A stretch of 64,000 bases of DNA from Chiloscyllium plagiosum (lineage: Eukaryota). This document shows, piece after piece, positions 27,336-40,569 of the stretch; the stretch's first letter is position 1, and every line of letters starts with the position of its first letter. The stretch spans positions 3,585,639 to 3,649,638 of the forward strand of contig NC_057752.1 in the NCBI RefSeq assembly GCF_004010195.1, read 5' to 3'. Made by a program: the position numbers and the translations under genes. The notes under the pieces are model-generated. The model was not told where the DNA came from. It did no database searches and saw only the letters and a program-made list of their open reading frames with translations.

Positions 27336-28104
27336 ACTAATACTTCAAACCAGACTCCTTGGCTTCAATGTATTGCCGCTGGCTAACTCAACGGGGAAGG
27401 GAAGGGAGTAGGGGAGGAAACAGTAGCTCACAACCAGAGATACCCTGTGGCTACTTACGCAACATTTGGTGGACTGCCCTAAAAATGTTTACAGGGTGCT
27501 CGGAAAACCCAGACAGTAAACCCGGGGGAGTTAGGTCAACGTTCTTCACGAAGAATGGTACAGTTTGTTGGAAACTGTTTCATGTTACTCAGCATCCAAG
27601 AAAAATATGACTTGTACATTTACAGAAGTAACCTGAATTAATAAGAAAAGGAACTTTCTGACAAAACACGTACGCCAACATAATACATTTTCCGGATCAA
27701 AATATTTCACAGAGGCGGCCATTTCCTGCCAACAACAACCCACGCTAGGAGTCGAAGAGCCTCTTGATCCTTTTTTTTCTTGGGGAGGTGTCAGGATTTG
27801 TTGGAGAAAGGAACACTGGCCCCTTCTTGATCTTGACCAGATACCGGCACCACCAAACTTCAGGGGAGATTTCTTACTCGTTCAGGGGATGAGGATGTCG
27901 CTGGCTAGGCCATCCCACAGGGCAGTTAAGAGTCAACCCTATAGGTCTGGAGTCACATGTAGGCCAAGGCCAAGTCAGGATGGCAGTTCCCTTCCTTAAA
28001 GGGCATTAGAGAGCCAGGTGGGCTTTTCCCAACAGTCAGCAATGGATTCATGTTCATCATTAACCTTGCAATTCCAAGGTCTTAACTGAATTCAAATTCA
28101 ACGT

Positions 28105-28308
28105 TTGTGAGAAGATTTGTAGCTCGGGTGCTCGTTGTTGTGGTTCTGTTCGCCGAGCTGGGAATTTGTGTTACAGACGTTTCGTCCCCTGTCTAGGTGA
28201 CATCCTCAGTGCTTGGGAGCCTCCTGTGATCGTTCCTCCAGCATTTATAGTGGTTTGTCTCTGCCGCTTCCGGTTGTCAGTTCCAGCTGTCCACTGCAGT
28301 GGTCGGTA
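28105..28308 (-). mobile_element. Poseidon-type Penelope terminal fragment inserted in a DeuSINE-like SINE (about 27870-28400)
   Basis: agaagatttgtagctc...cgccgagctgg is shared with 58365-58420. Carries a hammerhead motif. Confidence 0.7.
28173..28212 (-). ncRNA. Minimal hammerhead ribozyme motif (second family)
   Basis: Minus strand reads gca CTGAGGA t gtcacct agac aggggac GAAA cg TC tgt. Confidence 0.65.
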
Positions 28309-29339
28309 TTCCACCATGGCCGGATTTGAACCCTGGATCCCAAAAACCACGATGTGGGCCGACTGGATTTAACAGCCCAGGGATAATACCACACGGCCAT
28401 TGCCTCCCTACATACATATGTTGAACTTGTAAGTGATGACTGAGAAAATGCTTCCTAAACCCACCTCCATTTTGGATTGTTCCTCAGATCTGATCCCTCA
28501 CTGACATTTCAGTGGCTTCAGACATTTAGAGGTCAGAACCTTTCGCAGGAAAGACTCATCATTATGGGTGAATTTTTCACCTTTTTTCTCGAAACAAACC
28601 CACCAGCATTTTATCACGATTTCTATGAATAACAGTGTAATTATCAAGTAATTACAACATATTAATAGATAATAATACCTTTTGTCATTGCATACATTAA
28701 CCAGAGTAATTGCACATTAATAACATCATTAGTCATGGGACTTAAAAGAATACGGATTTTTTTCTGAATAAACAAAACAATTAACACACAGAAATAACGT
28801 CCTACTCAAACTCAACCATAAGTTCTCAGTTTTCCCTTAGCCTCCCCACTTCACAAACAAATATTTCAAACCTAATCTTAAGGGGGAATTGGTCGAGAGG
28901 ACCAGGACAGGAAGTCTAGTGACTTTGGTAAGACTGAATGTGAAATTTCGATCTTCCCACAGCAGGTCATGATGCAGAGATGAGGTCAGCAGCGGTTTTG
29001 AGGCACGTTGCACATTGGGCAGCCTGTGATAAGTTCCTCCTTGTAATGTATGCCATAAATACCCATTAGCTCAAAACCAGTTTCCAACATAAGGCCTATC
29101 TTCAAAATGAAGGCAATGGTGCACAAGGATCTTGTGGGCACCTGGTTCCCCATTGTTTATAAAACTGGCTTTGCGCACTTATGTGTGAGAGGTCAGTGGT
29201 TTTCCGTGTTGAACTCAGCACCACAAGGAGACCAGCAGGAGAGAGGATTCCTGCATGGAAGCTTGGGACAGGCAAAGGTGAGTCAGTAGGTGGGGTTGTG
29301 GAGTGGGGTCAGGACAGGAAGACAGTCCCAGGAGAGGAC

Positions 29340-30000
29340 AGAGGGTTTGATTTGATTTGATATATTGTCTCATGTACCTAGGTACAGTGAAAGGTTTGGT
29401 TTTGTGTGCAGTACAGGGGCAGACCATACTACACAAAGTGCATTAGGATGATAGAACAGAGCGAGGAATATAGAAAGAATAATGCTAACATGATGAAATA
29501 AAATATGATTTGATTTGATTTGATTTATTTTTGTCACATGTACCTAGGCACAGTGAAGATGCACAATGAGTGAGATCGACATTCGATTTGAACTTGGAGA
29601 GGTGCGTTCAGAAGTCTGATAACAGCAGGGAAGAAGCTGTTCTTGAATCTGTTAGTCTGTGTGTTTAAGCTTTTGTATCCTCTGCCCGATGGAAGAGGTT
29701 GAAAGAGATTGTAACCAGAGTGGGGGGGGTGGGGGGGCTTTGATGATGTTGGCTGCCTTCCCGAGGCAGTGGGAAGTGTAGATGGAGCCAGTGGATGGAA
29801 GGTTGGTTTGGGTGATGGACTGGGCTGTGCTCACAACTCTCTGTAGTTTGTTACAGTCCTGGGCAGAGCAGTTGCCGTACCAAGCCGTGATCCATCTGGA
29901 TAGAATGCTTTCTGTGGTGCATCTGTAAAAGTTGGAGAGAGTCTTCATGGACATGCTGAATTTCCTTAGCCTCCTGAGGGAGTAGAGGTCTTGTGCTTCC
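29340..30000 (-). mobile_element. Rex1/Babar-like LINE 3' fragment with duplicated (tttga)n tail
   Basis: LYSLRRLRKF...NFYRCTTESILSRWITAWYGNCSAQDCNKLQRVV in ORF 29652-30074(-). Confidence 0.75.
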
Positions 30001-31849
30001 TGCAATGTAGCACCAACGTGGGTGGAACTTGACACTCTAGACCCCCCAGAGGGCAGGGCTGGGGGGTGGGGCAAAGAGGAGTGACAAGGTAAGGATCTGA
30101 TATCCTAGGTGTAGTGGGAGGAGCTGGTGGTGGGGAGATCATTAAGATAACCCAGAGGGAGAAAACCAGTAGTACTTGGAAATGAATGTACTGGTCTTAC
30201 TGGAGCTCCACATTGACGTATACAAGATGAGTCAGAATAACATGTCTCGTTCGCCAGTTTTCCTGAGTTTTCCCTCTCGGGAGCAAATAAGGGGCATAGA
30301 GGGTAGTGTCAGTCATGTTCCACCATGTGTCCATCTCAGAGAGTTGGCTGGCGGAGTCCTTACACAGCCATGTGTTCACCGACACAAACAACTGTTCTTG
30401 AACAATGTCCTTGACAATGTATTGAAGGAAGAGTCCCATTGCAAAATGGGACGAGATCAGATAGGGATAACTGGTCGGCATGGACAAGTTGGACCGAAGG
30501 GTCTGTTTCCCTGTTCTATGACTCTACGTTCAACCGTGTCAAAGGATGGTGAGTACAGTGCTGGGCAATAACCTCAACTCTCAAAAAAAGAGGATACAGA
30601 AAATAAACACTGTTGCTTCCCACTAAAAAGGAGGACATTCCTAACCCCAATGTAACCGTCAATGTATCCCAATCATAAGGTGTGCTCGTATTTAAGGTCT
30701 TTTCCCAAATTAGCCTCAACAAAGAATAATGATGCACACAGAAGAAAGTGAAACCAACATGAAGTGAAATATTTCCAAGTGAAATTTACATTTGGAAACC
30801 ACCATGCCTCAGTTGTACTCTGTTAACAGCAATGGGGCTGGTGGGGAAGTTGTGGCTGTGGTGTAGAGTCTCCCCTGTTTGACCAAGGGACTCTTTAACC
30901 ATTGTCAGTTGATGGTGGGTTTCACCAATGAAAATCTTCCCCCCCAGCTACTGGCTGGTACGGTGGCTGAGTGGCTCGTGCTGTTATCTCACAGTACCAG
31001 GGCTCTGGGGTTGATTCCAGCCTTGTGTCAATGTGCTTTCCTCCCATAGATGTGCAGGTTTGCAATGGACTGGCCATGGGAAATTCAAGTGTTACAGGGA
31101 GTGGATGGGATGCCCTTTGAAGGATCAGTGTGGGCTGAATGGCCTGCTTCAACACTGGGATTCTTTGAAATCAAATGTGTCTTGCAAGCCTGCTTCTGGT
31201 ATTTTGAATTTTAATTACAATTGTTGAGGCAGTGGAAGTGGATCACAGTTCCAGTTACAATGTCAAGCAAGGCACGCTGTTAAAGTCCTGGCCCTCAGGT
31301 CTGCTCTGTTTTCGATACTCTTGATTATTTTTCCCCAAGAAAAATTTTGAACAGTGAGCAAACCATTATTTTTCAATACAAACAACTGAATTATGAGCAA
31401 AATCAGGCCTTTCAGCCCTTCAAGCCTGTGTTAACCAGTCAATAAGATCACGGCTGATCTGGTTGTGTTTTGAGTTCTAAATTCATATCTAATCCCGATC
31501 CCCAAACCGAACAGAAGTCTATCTACTCCCAGCTTCAAAATATTCAGCAATCCTGTCCGCTCTGCCTTCTGAGTTCCAAAGTCACAAAAACCATCGGAGA
31601 GAAAATCTTTCACCTCGGGCAAAATACCTGATTTGAAAACAGAGTTTCCTCATTCTGAATTTCACCCACAAGAGGACATTTCTATTCTGGCTCCAGCTTG
31701 TCCATTCCATTCAGAATTTTATAACTTAATCAAATCATCTCTCACTCTTCGAAACTCCCATGGCAACAAGGCTGGCCTATCCAATCAGTCCTCGTAAAAC
31801 AGCCTGCTCACTCCAGCTATCAATCTTGAAAGCCTCCTTTGAACCACGA

Positions 31850-32450
31850 ATCATAGAATCATACAGCACCGAAACAGACCCTTCGGCCCAACCAGTCCAT
31901 GCCGACCATAATCCCCAAACTAAACTAGTCCCACCTGCCTGCTCCTGGCCCCCCTCCAAACCTTTCCTCTTTATGTACATATCTTAATGCCTTTTAAATG
32001 TTGTAACTGTCCCCACATCCATCACTTCCTCAGGAAGTTCACTCCACACACGAACCACTCTCTGTGTAAAAATGTTGCCCCTCATGTCTTTTTTAAATCT
32101 TTCTCCTCTCACCTTAAAAATGTGCCTCCTAGTCTTGAAATCCCACACCCTAAGGAAAAGGATTCATTTTATCTATAGCTCTCATGATTTTATAAGCCTC
32201 TATAAGGTCACCCCTCAACCTCCTACGCTCCAGTCTAAAAAGCCGAGCCAGCCTCTCCTCATAACTCAAACCCTCCATTCCCAGCAACATCTTGGTAAAT
32301 CTCTTCTGAACCCGCTCCAACTTCATAATACCCCTCCTGTAACAGGGTGACCAGAACTGGACACAGTACTCCTGAAGAGGCCTCACCAACCTCAATATGA
32401 CGTCCCAACTCCTATACTCACAAGGTCCGAGCAATGAAGGCAAGTGTGCA
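31850..32450 (-). mobile_element. CR1 3' fragment
   Basis: ORF 32150-32476(-) EYCVQFWSP...LERVQKRFTKML. Confidence 0.9.
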
Positions 32451-32883
32451 TTACATAAGGAGACTACAGTATTCATGATGTGGCCTCACCGATGCTGAGT
32501 ATAACTGAAGCACCACTCTTATATTTAGGTTTGTTTGAAAACACACATCATGAACGAAGGACACCAAAGTGATTGATGGTTGAGTTGTTTAACGGGCTCA
32601 GCTTTGATGTTGTTTGCCCACAGACTTGATAACGCGAAGCAATTTGAGAAGCTGTTTTGGCAATCGAAAGATCCCAACCCATTGTGTGAGTGAGGTGCTG
32701 ATTCTTTGCAGCTGTAGACAGAGGGAAATAAAAAGCAGAGGCGAAGACACAGGTGGGGAACAAACTCCTTTGCAAAAACACTTTGCAGGAGGTCCGACAA
32801 GAAGGTGCAAGACAAAGCCTTGTCTCAACATGAGAAGAGATTGCTTGGGGGAATTAGTTTGATCTAATTCGGCCTTGGACCAG

Positions 32884-33768
32884 TGTTATGGTCCAGACCT
32901 TCAAATCCTTAACGGCATCTTGTTTTAAAGGCCAATATAATGTGCTGTGTTCTAGACGCAGTTCGTTTGGTCATACTACTCAATGTTAAGCAAAACACAA
33001 CTTATTTAAACGTTATGTTAAAATACAACAAAAGAAAACATAACTTGATGGGAAAATGTAACAGAATAATACATCTAGTAACTGTTACCAATTAACTGTT
33101 CCAATACAGTAACATCCCATTAACACACCCCCTTGGCAAAAAGGCAAATTCAGAGAAATAGATTTTGTTTCACATGCAATCTGGCACCTAGGCAGAGCTG
33201 GCTAGTGTAGACCCACAAAGCAAACAGTTGAGAGTGTGTTGCTGGAAAAGCACAGCAGGTCAGGCAGCATCCGAGGAGCAGGAGAATCGACGTTTCAGGC
33301 ATTAGCCCTTCATCAGGAATGAAGGGCTTATCTGCCTGACCTGCTGCGCTTTTCCAGCACCGCACTCTCGACTCTGATCTCCAGCATCTGCAGTCCTCAC
33401 TTGCTCCACAAAGCAAACAGCTTGGGTTTTTTTCAAAAAGACTGGAACAATAGAAGCAGCTTGTCTGCACGCTTAGAAAGCTGAGGAAGAGGAACTCCAG
33501 CTTTTGGCTGTAATTGAGAGAGGGACAAATAGCTTCCACTTCTTCAAGCGCACAATAGCAACTGCTGAAACTAACAACTAGAAATCCTGGTCTGTGAGAG
33601 CTGGCTACACCCAGCCAGGCCGCTTCTACTGTTCAAACCTTACAAAACAAAACCCAAGACCTCCAAAGCTGTTTACTTTATGGGTCTACACTCACCAGCT
33701 CTACCTTAAAACCTCTCTTCCATACAAAAAAGGACAACACAACCTCTTAAAGTGACAGCATCATCACA
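32884..33768. mobile_element. Solo LTR (Gypsy-like), TG...CA
   Basis: Starts tgttatggtccagacc and ends catcatcaca. Flanks are ccag/ccat. Homologous to 56470-57217 (catcccat..ac.c.cccttggcaaa..gcaaattcag). Confidence 0.7.
33228..33405. mobile_element. Penelope-derived fold-back mini-element, 15-bp TSD, with hammerhead motif (33286-33320, -)
   Basis: ccacaaagcaaacag at 33213-33227 and 33406-33420. Minus strand reads attc CTGATGA a gggc taat gcct GAAA cg TC. Confidence 0.85.
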
Positions 33769-34614
33769 CCATCATGGACACTGGGTCACAATGTACATTG
33801 CCATGAGATTGGATCAGAATGCCAAAGTAATATGGACATTGTTCACTTGTTTAAAAAAATGTTTTGGAGTGAAAGGAAGATTGCTACAGAGGTAAATTCA
33901 GTCACTGTTAGGCAGAGTCCTGTCTTGGAACCATGGAACGTTGTATCATTGGAATGTTGGAGAAACATCAAACAGGAAGGTAAACATAATAGGAAAAGGG
34001 AATGATGATCTCCTCCCTCTCAGAGGGAAGCCAGCTCCTGTGCTTTGGCCTTCCGAGAATGTACAAAAATGGGGTTAAAAGCCAATGACAATGCAACTCT
34101 GTGTTTTGTGGCCTGCATTGCTAATGCGTGGAATAATGTGAAATGAGGGTCACAGCTCTAAGAACAGCTATGAAAACGTTTTGTGTCATAGGTAGTGCAA
34201 ACGACTCTCTCTCACACCGTGACTGCTACCAGTCAGCAGCAGCTGAAAGGATTCAGGACTGGAAAAGCCAAGAATCCTGAAATTGCCCGTTCCAACTTCC
34301 AGTGTCACCAGTAACCTCCACTACAATAGCCACAATGTTCAACTATCTGCTCTCCACAAACAGTTCACAGGCTGACCCACACACTGCTTGTTATTCTCAC
34401 GTTGACTAATGAACACACTCACCCTCTTAGTTAATTCCAGCGAGCCTGGTTAAATTGGCTCTGATTAAAACATGCGTTCCTTTGAGTCTGGGAGAAAGGT
34501 ATCCACTGGGGAAGGGATCCCTTGAAATGAATTTTGTTGTAACCAACCAAGGGATCCTGGTGAAAATCACAGAGAGTCAGTTTACCCCTCCTTGCCCGGG
34601 AGGTTAATAGTTTG

Positions 34615-34940
34615 AGGAGGTGATGGCCCAGTGGTATCATCACTGGGCTCTTCATCCAGAGATCTGGGTGATGTCCTGGGGACCTGGTCTCAAATCTTGC
34701 CAGGACCAAATTTGAATTCAATAAAAAATCTGGAATGAAGGCCATGAATCCGTGGTCCGAAAAGCCCATCTGATTCCGTAATGTCCCTTTGGGAAAGGAA
34801 ATCTACCATCCTCACCTGGTCTGGCCTTATCCAGACCCACAGCAATGTTGTTAACACATAACTGCCTTCTGGGCAATTAGGGATGGGCAAATAATGCCAG
34901 CCTAGCCAGTGATGCCCTTATCGGGTAAATGAATAAAACA
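34615..34940 (+). mobile_element. DeuSINE/SacSINE-like SINE
   Basis: Homologous to 61943-62300. Confidence 0.8.
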
Positions 34941-35029
34941 AAGGTGCCCATTTGGAAACTTAGCCAATTGGGAACTGTTGGCTACAGTTTGAGTCCAGAA
35001 GTAAACCATTAGAATTCAAATATAGAATC

Positions 35030-35300
35030 ACGTTAGCTCAGTTGCCTCACAGCGCCAGGGACCCAGGTTCAATCCCACCCTCGGGTGACTGTCTGCGTGG
35101 AGTTTGCACATTCTCCCTGTATGGATTTCCTCCCACAGTCCAACGATGTGCAAGTTAGGGTGGGTTGGTTGCGCTGTAATGCCCAGGGATGTGTAGGCTA
35201 GGTGGAGTCATTCAAGAGAATTGCAGGGTTTGGGTGGGATATTGTTTGGAGGGTCGGTGAGGGACTGAATGGCCTGCTCCCACACTGGAGGGATCCTATG
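35030..35300 (+). mobile_element. HE1-like SINE
   Basis: gcctcacagcgccagggacccaggttcaatccc head and HE1 body. Confidence 0.8.
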
Positions 35301-35396
35301 AATGGTGATAGTTTCACTTTGAGGCCAGTTTTTAAAAAGGAGGGGGAAAGAAAACTGCAAAAGGCCTTCCTGAGTTTGCAACAACACAGAATCGAA

Positions 35397-36420
35397 ATGT
35401 CTGCATTCGATGTCAGTGCGTTGCTCACAGAGTTAGGAGAAGTTGCTTTTGAGGATTTAAAAAAGCCCTATCCCTCAAACAGTTAAACAATTGGGTGAGG
35501 TCGTGAGGGAAGTATACAGCCAGGAACCCTGTCCCCTCATTAAATGGCCTGACCAGACAGCAGCTGAAATTTGTAAGTTTTAGACTTTTGATCAGTGTCT
35601 GTGGACACTTAAGAAAGAACTTAAGTTATTTATGGAAACCTCTGTGAAAGAATTCTGCTGGAGAAGTTGAACAAAGACCTCCCCTTCCCAATAGGAAGAC
35701 CCCTGGAGGAACATTGAGGAACTGGCTCAGGGCAAGCTGCCATACTGGTGGACAATGATGGGCTCATCACAAAACCCACATCCTGTCAGCTCCAACCAAC
35801 TGGAAAAGATCAAAGTGGGAGGAGGATAGGGAACTAAGCTTCCGTGGGAGAGAGGGAGCTCTCCTCACCACAGAGCGGCTGGTGTTTGGATGAAAATAGA
35901 GGGCAAGCAAGAGGCGTCTTTGAACTGCTGCAAGGGAGGGAAACTCTGGAGTGATGGGAGATAAACTAGTGGGATTTATCGGGGCACGTACACCCTGTGA
36001 GGATAATGGGAGTCAGTCCGAGAGTATAGCTGACGAGGCTATGACTCTGACTGTTGTTGCAGATCCCTGTGTAGCACTCCCGAGAGTGCGGGCGAGGTCA
36101 AACCGAAGTGTTATAACCATAGCAAAGGTAGTCACAATTTCCCGGGGGGAAGGGGAAGGGTAACATTGCAGTGACAGTGAGAGATACTAACGCCAAGGGA
36201 GCTCTAGCGCTGGGAAAGGGCACGAGAGCCAGTAGGTACCAAGGTCATAGGCAATCCCGCAGTACTGGTCCCAACACAAGGTGGCATTCCAGCCCCAGGG
36301 ATTGAAGGCCATCAAGTACATACCTGTTCCCCTTGGATCTGGACTGGCATTTTGTGATGGGACCAGGGTCTATGGGAATCGTCACTCTCTCCATCTGGGA
36401 TCAACCTGGTGACAGCACCC
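35397..36420 (+). pseudogene. Decayed Gmr1-like Gypsy gag-protease relic
   Basis: Ordered, frame-broken blocks: KWPDQTAAEI...FDQCLWTL (35542), YGNLCERILLEKLNKDLP...EEH*...AAILVD (35631), KPKCYNHSKGSH (36100, broken zinc knuckle), LDLDWHFVMGPGSMGIV (about 36333). Confidence 0.6.
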
Positions 36421-37664
36421 CCCTGTAGTGTCCAAGAAGCCAATGAAGGTCAGCGAGACCAGGCAGCTGTGGAGCTGGTGCCTGGCATTTTCCATGATTG
36501 TGGGCACGCAGTCTGCTGCCAGGCAAGCTCAGCCGAGGAGGGCTGCGTTGGCACTGCATTGGTGAACTGGGTGGAGGCCTGAATGCCAATCTACTCCGCA
36601 TGGAAAGGTGCATGCCTGCTCTTTGCAGCTGCAGGCTGCCATTAAGTAGCAGCCCTTCTAGAATTCCCACACGTTCCCAAGGGCACCAACACAAATGGTG
36701 TTTCATTGCTATTATCTCTCAAATTGAATGCTGCTTATTTAACATGAAGGAAAAAGTGGCTTCCCGTGTTAGCACACACAAAAACAAGTGGGCAACACGG
36801 GGTTAAAATTATTATCTTGTGTGCGCCTCATTGGTTTTCCACTTGAGACACAATCAAATTGAGGCCATCCATGCACACATTGGCCAAGTGCTCATTCAGG
36901 GCTGCTTCCCCATCTGTGCTCAGCGCTGACGACTGAGTGCAGTGTGAAATAAAGGCCTGAACAAAGATTTCGGATCCACAGCCAGAACAGATTAAACATT
37001 CTGGGTCAGGTTACAGAATCACTGGTCCAGATACTCATGTCGCGATCAAAACGTGGATTTCAGTGTGAGGTATCTTCTGTTATCTTACATCCTTGTAACA
37101 AAAGATGTGCTCTTTTCTCCATTTCCACCTCAACTTCTGTTCAAATTCCTCCTCCTCCCGAGCTTTCCTCCCCTGAAACTGTGTTACTTGTGTTGAGGTA
37201 CAACAGACTCTCCACACCATGTGACATTCATTCTCTCCTGGCCTTCATACACTTACGCATCCAACTGCAGGAAGCTTCACAGCTCAACTTGAGAATGGGT
37301 TCATCCATTGTTTCAGAGTGAATCATTGGCTGGCTACCACGATCAAGGACCTGGATGATTCCACCATTCTCTCCCTGACCCTGGGGCAGACAGGGCAAAC
37401 GGTGCCAGGATCTCTGTGTGCACGTCAGCCTTGGTCACGCATGCTGCATTGCAAATTACACGGACATGATCTTCAATGTGTGCACAATAACCTAGCAGTA
37501 TAACCTGCCTGATAATCATTCCAAGATGGCAGTGCAGTAGGACTTCTGAGCCAGAACTTGTACACTCCATCCATTTCCTTTTTGGTCACTTATTTTTTCC
37601 CTTTGTCGCCCCCATCCTCAGGCAGCATTGGTGATGTCTGGGGTGAAAGCCAGCGTTAATTCCC

Positions 37665-39205
37665 ATCTCAATGTAGACTCGAACTCCCGGCCTCAGTGTG
37701 GGAATGGAACTCCCGGCCCCAGTGTGGGACTGGAACTCCCCCCCTCAGTGTGGGACTGGAACTCCCGGCCCCAGTGTGGGACTGGAACCACCGGCCTCAA
37801 TGTGGGACTGGAACTCCCGGCCTCAGTGTGGGACTGGAACTCCCGGCCTCAGTGTGGGACTGGAACTCCCGGTCTCAGTGTGGGACTGGAACTCCCGGCC
37901 TCAGTGTGGGACTGGAATTCCCGGCCTCAGTGTGGGACTGGAACTCCCCCCCTCAGTGTGGAACTGGAACAACCGGTCTCAGTGTGGGACTGGAACTCCC
38001 GGCCTCAGTGTGGGACTGGAACTCCCCCCCTCACTGTGGGACTGGAACTCCCCCCCTCACTGTGGGACTGGAACTCCCGGCCTCAGTGAGGGACTGGAAC
38101 TCCCGGTCTCAGTGTGGACTGGAACTCCCCCCCTCAGTGTGGGACTGGAACTCCCGGCCTCAGTGTGGGACTGGAACTCCGGGCTTCAGTGTGGGACTGG
38201 AACTCCCCCCCTCAGTGTGGGACTGGAACTCCCCCCCTCAGTGTGGGACTGGAACTCCCGGGCTCAGTGTGGGACTGGAACCCCCGGCCTCAGTGTGGGG
38301 CTCGAACTTCCGGCCTCAGTGTGGGACTGGAACTCCCGCCCTCAGTGTGGGACTGGAACACCCCCCCTCAGTGTGGGACTGGAACTCCCGGCCTCAGTGT
38401 GGGACTGGAACTTCCCTCTCAGTGTGGGAGTGGAACTCCCCCCCTCACTGTGGGACTGGAACTTCCGGCCTCAGTGTGGGATTGGAACTCCCCCCCTCAG
38501 TGTGGGACTGGAACTCCTGGCCTCAGTGTGGGACTCGAACTCCCGGCATCAGTGTGGGACTGGAACTCCCGGCCTCAGTGTGTGATTGGAACTCCCCCCC
38601 TCAGTGTGGGACTGGAACTTCCCTCTCAGTGTGGGAGTGGAACTCCCCCCCTCACTGTGGGACTGGAACTTCCGGCCTCAGTGTGGGATTGGAACTCCCG
38701 GCCTCAGTGTGGGACTGGAACCCCCGGCCTCAGTGTGGGACTGGAACTCCTCCCCACAGTGTGGGACTGGAACTCCCGGCCTCAGTGTGGGACTGGAACT
38801 CCCCCCCACAGTGTGGGACTGGAACTCCCCCCCTCAGTGTGGGACTGGAACTCCCCCCCTCAGTGTGGGACTGGAATTCCCGGCCTCAGTGTGGGACTGG
38901 AACTCCCGGCCTCAGTGTGGGACTGGAACCCCCGGCCTCAGTGTGGGACTGGAACCCCCGGCCTCAGTGTGGGACTGGAACCCCCGGCCTCAGTGTGGGA
39001 CTGGAACCCCCGGCCTCAGTGTGGGACTGGAACCCCCGGCCTCAGTGTGGGACTGGAACCCCCGGCCTCAGTGTGGGACTGGAACCCCCGGCCTCAGTGT
39101 GGGACTGGAACCCCCGGCCTCAGTGTGGGACTGGAACCCCCGGCCTCAGTGTGGGACTGGAACTCCTCCCCACAGTGTGGGACTGGAACTCCCGGCCTCA
39201 GTGTG
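37665..39205. repeat. 26-bp minisatellite (cagtgtgggactggaactcccggcct)n, about 59 units, runs into the gap
   Basis: Directly visible tandem array. Confidence 0.98.
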
Positions 39206-39999
39206 NNNNNNNNNNNNNNNNNNNNNNNNNNNNNNNNNNNNNNNNNNNNNNNNNNNNNNNNNNNNNNNNNNNNNNNNNNNNNNNNNNNNNNNNNNNNNNN
39301 NNNNNNNNNNNNNNNNNNNNNNNNNNNNNNNNNNNNNNNNNNNNNNNNNNNNNNNNNNNNNNNNNNNNNNNNNNNNNNNNNNNNNNNNNNNNNNNNNNNN
39401 NNNNNNNNNNNNNNNNNNNNNNNNNNNNNNNNNNNNNNNNNNNNNNNNNNNNNNNNNNNNNNNNNNNNNNNNNNNNNNNNNNNNNNNNNNNNNNNNNNNN
39501 NNNNNNNNNNNNNNNNNNNNNNNNNNNNNNNNNNNNNNNNNNNNNNNNNNNNNNNNNNNNNNNNNNNNNNNNNNNNNNNNNNNNNNNNNNNNNNNNNNNN
39601 NNNNNNNNNNNNNNNNNNNNNNNNNNNNNNNNNNNNNNNNNNNNNNNNNNNNNNNNNNNNNNNNNNNNNNNNNNNNNNNNNNNNNNNNNNNNNNNNNNNN
39701 NNNNNNNNNNNNNNNNNNNNNNNNNNNNNNNNNNNNNNNNNNNNNNNNNNNNNNNNNNNNNNNNNNNNNNNNNNNNNNNNNNNNNNNNNNNNNNNNNNNN
39801 NNNNNNNNNNNNNNNNNNNNNNNNNNNNNNNNNNNNNNNNNNNNNNNNNNNNNNNNNNNNNNNNNNNNNNNNNNNNNNNNNNNNNNNNNNNNNNNNNNNN
39901 NNNNNNNNNNNNNNNNNNNNNNNNNNNNNNNNNNNNNNNNNNNNNNNNNNNNNNNNNNNNNNNNNNNNNNNNNNNNNNNNNNNNNNNNNNNNNNNNNNN
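39206..39999. other. Assembly gap (N run)
   Basis: Run of N. Confidence 1.
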
Positions 40000-40290
40000 C
40001 TTTTCCCTGGGGTGGGGGAGTCCAGAACTAGAGGGCATAGGTTTAGGGTGAGAGGGGAAAGATATAAAAGAGACCTAAGGGGCAACTTTTTCACACAGAG
40101 GGTGGTACGTGTATGGAATGAGCTGGCAGAGGAAGTGTTGGAGGCTGGTACAATTACAGCATTTAAGAGGCATCTGGATGTGTATATGAATAGGAAGGGT
40201 TTAGAGGGATATGGGCCAAGTGCTGGTAAATGGGATGAGGGATATCTGGTCGGCATGGACGAGTTGGACCGAAGGGTCTGCTTCTGTGCT
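40000..40290 (+). mobile_element. CR1 3' end
   Basis: LFPGVGESRTRGHRFRVRGERYKRDLRGNFFTQRVV. Confidence 0.92.
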
Positions 40291-40569
40291 GTACATCTCT
40301 AGGACTCTATCTAATGTTTATCTCTGTTAATAAGTAGAGTAAAGCACCAGTTCTACCCTTCACCAACTGGCATTTTTAGAATCTAATACAGTGGGTGTTG
40401 GGAATATCCAATCATGAGGCAGTCAGCCAGATTCTCACCCAGACAGGGATCTACTCGTATTTCTGTGCTGGCCAATTCAACTGCAAAAGAGATCACTTTG
40501 GGGCAGACCAGAAACAAGACGCTTAGGCTGCAGCAATCGTGATCCATCTCCATCAGAATGCAAACATGG

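Noticed and set aside
36410..36432. CTCF-like site (cagcacccccctgtagtg)
   Set aside because: Imperfect single match at the edge of a retroelement relic, not distinguishable from chance.
37665..39205. CRISPR-like array or RSS heptamers (cacagtg/cactgtg)
   Set aside because: Units abut with no unique spacers. Heptamers are sporadic variants without nonamers.
37628..40302. Very long ORFs (up to 868 aa) with WDWNSRPQCGTGT repeats
   Set aside because: Translation of a stop-poor 26-bp minisatellite plus the N gap, open in several frames.
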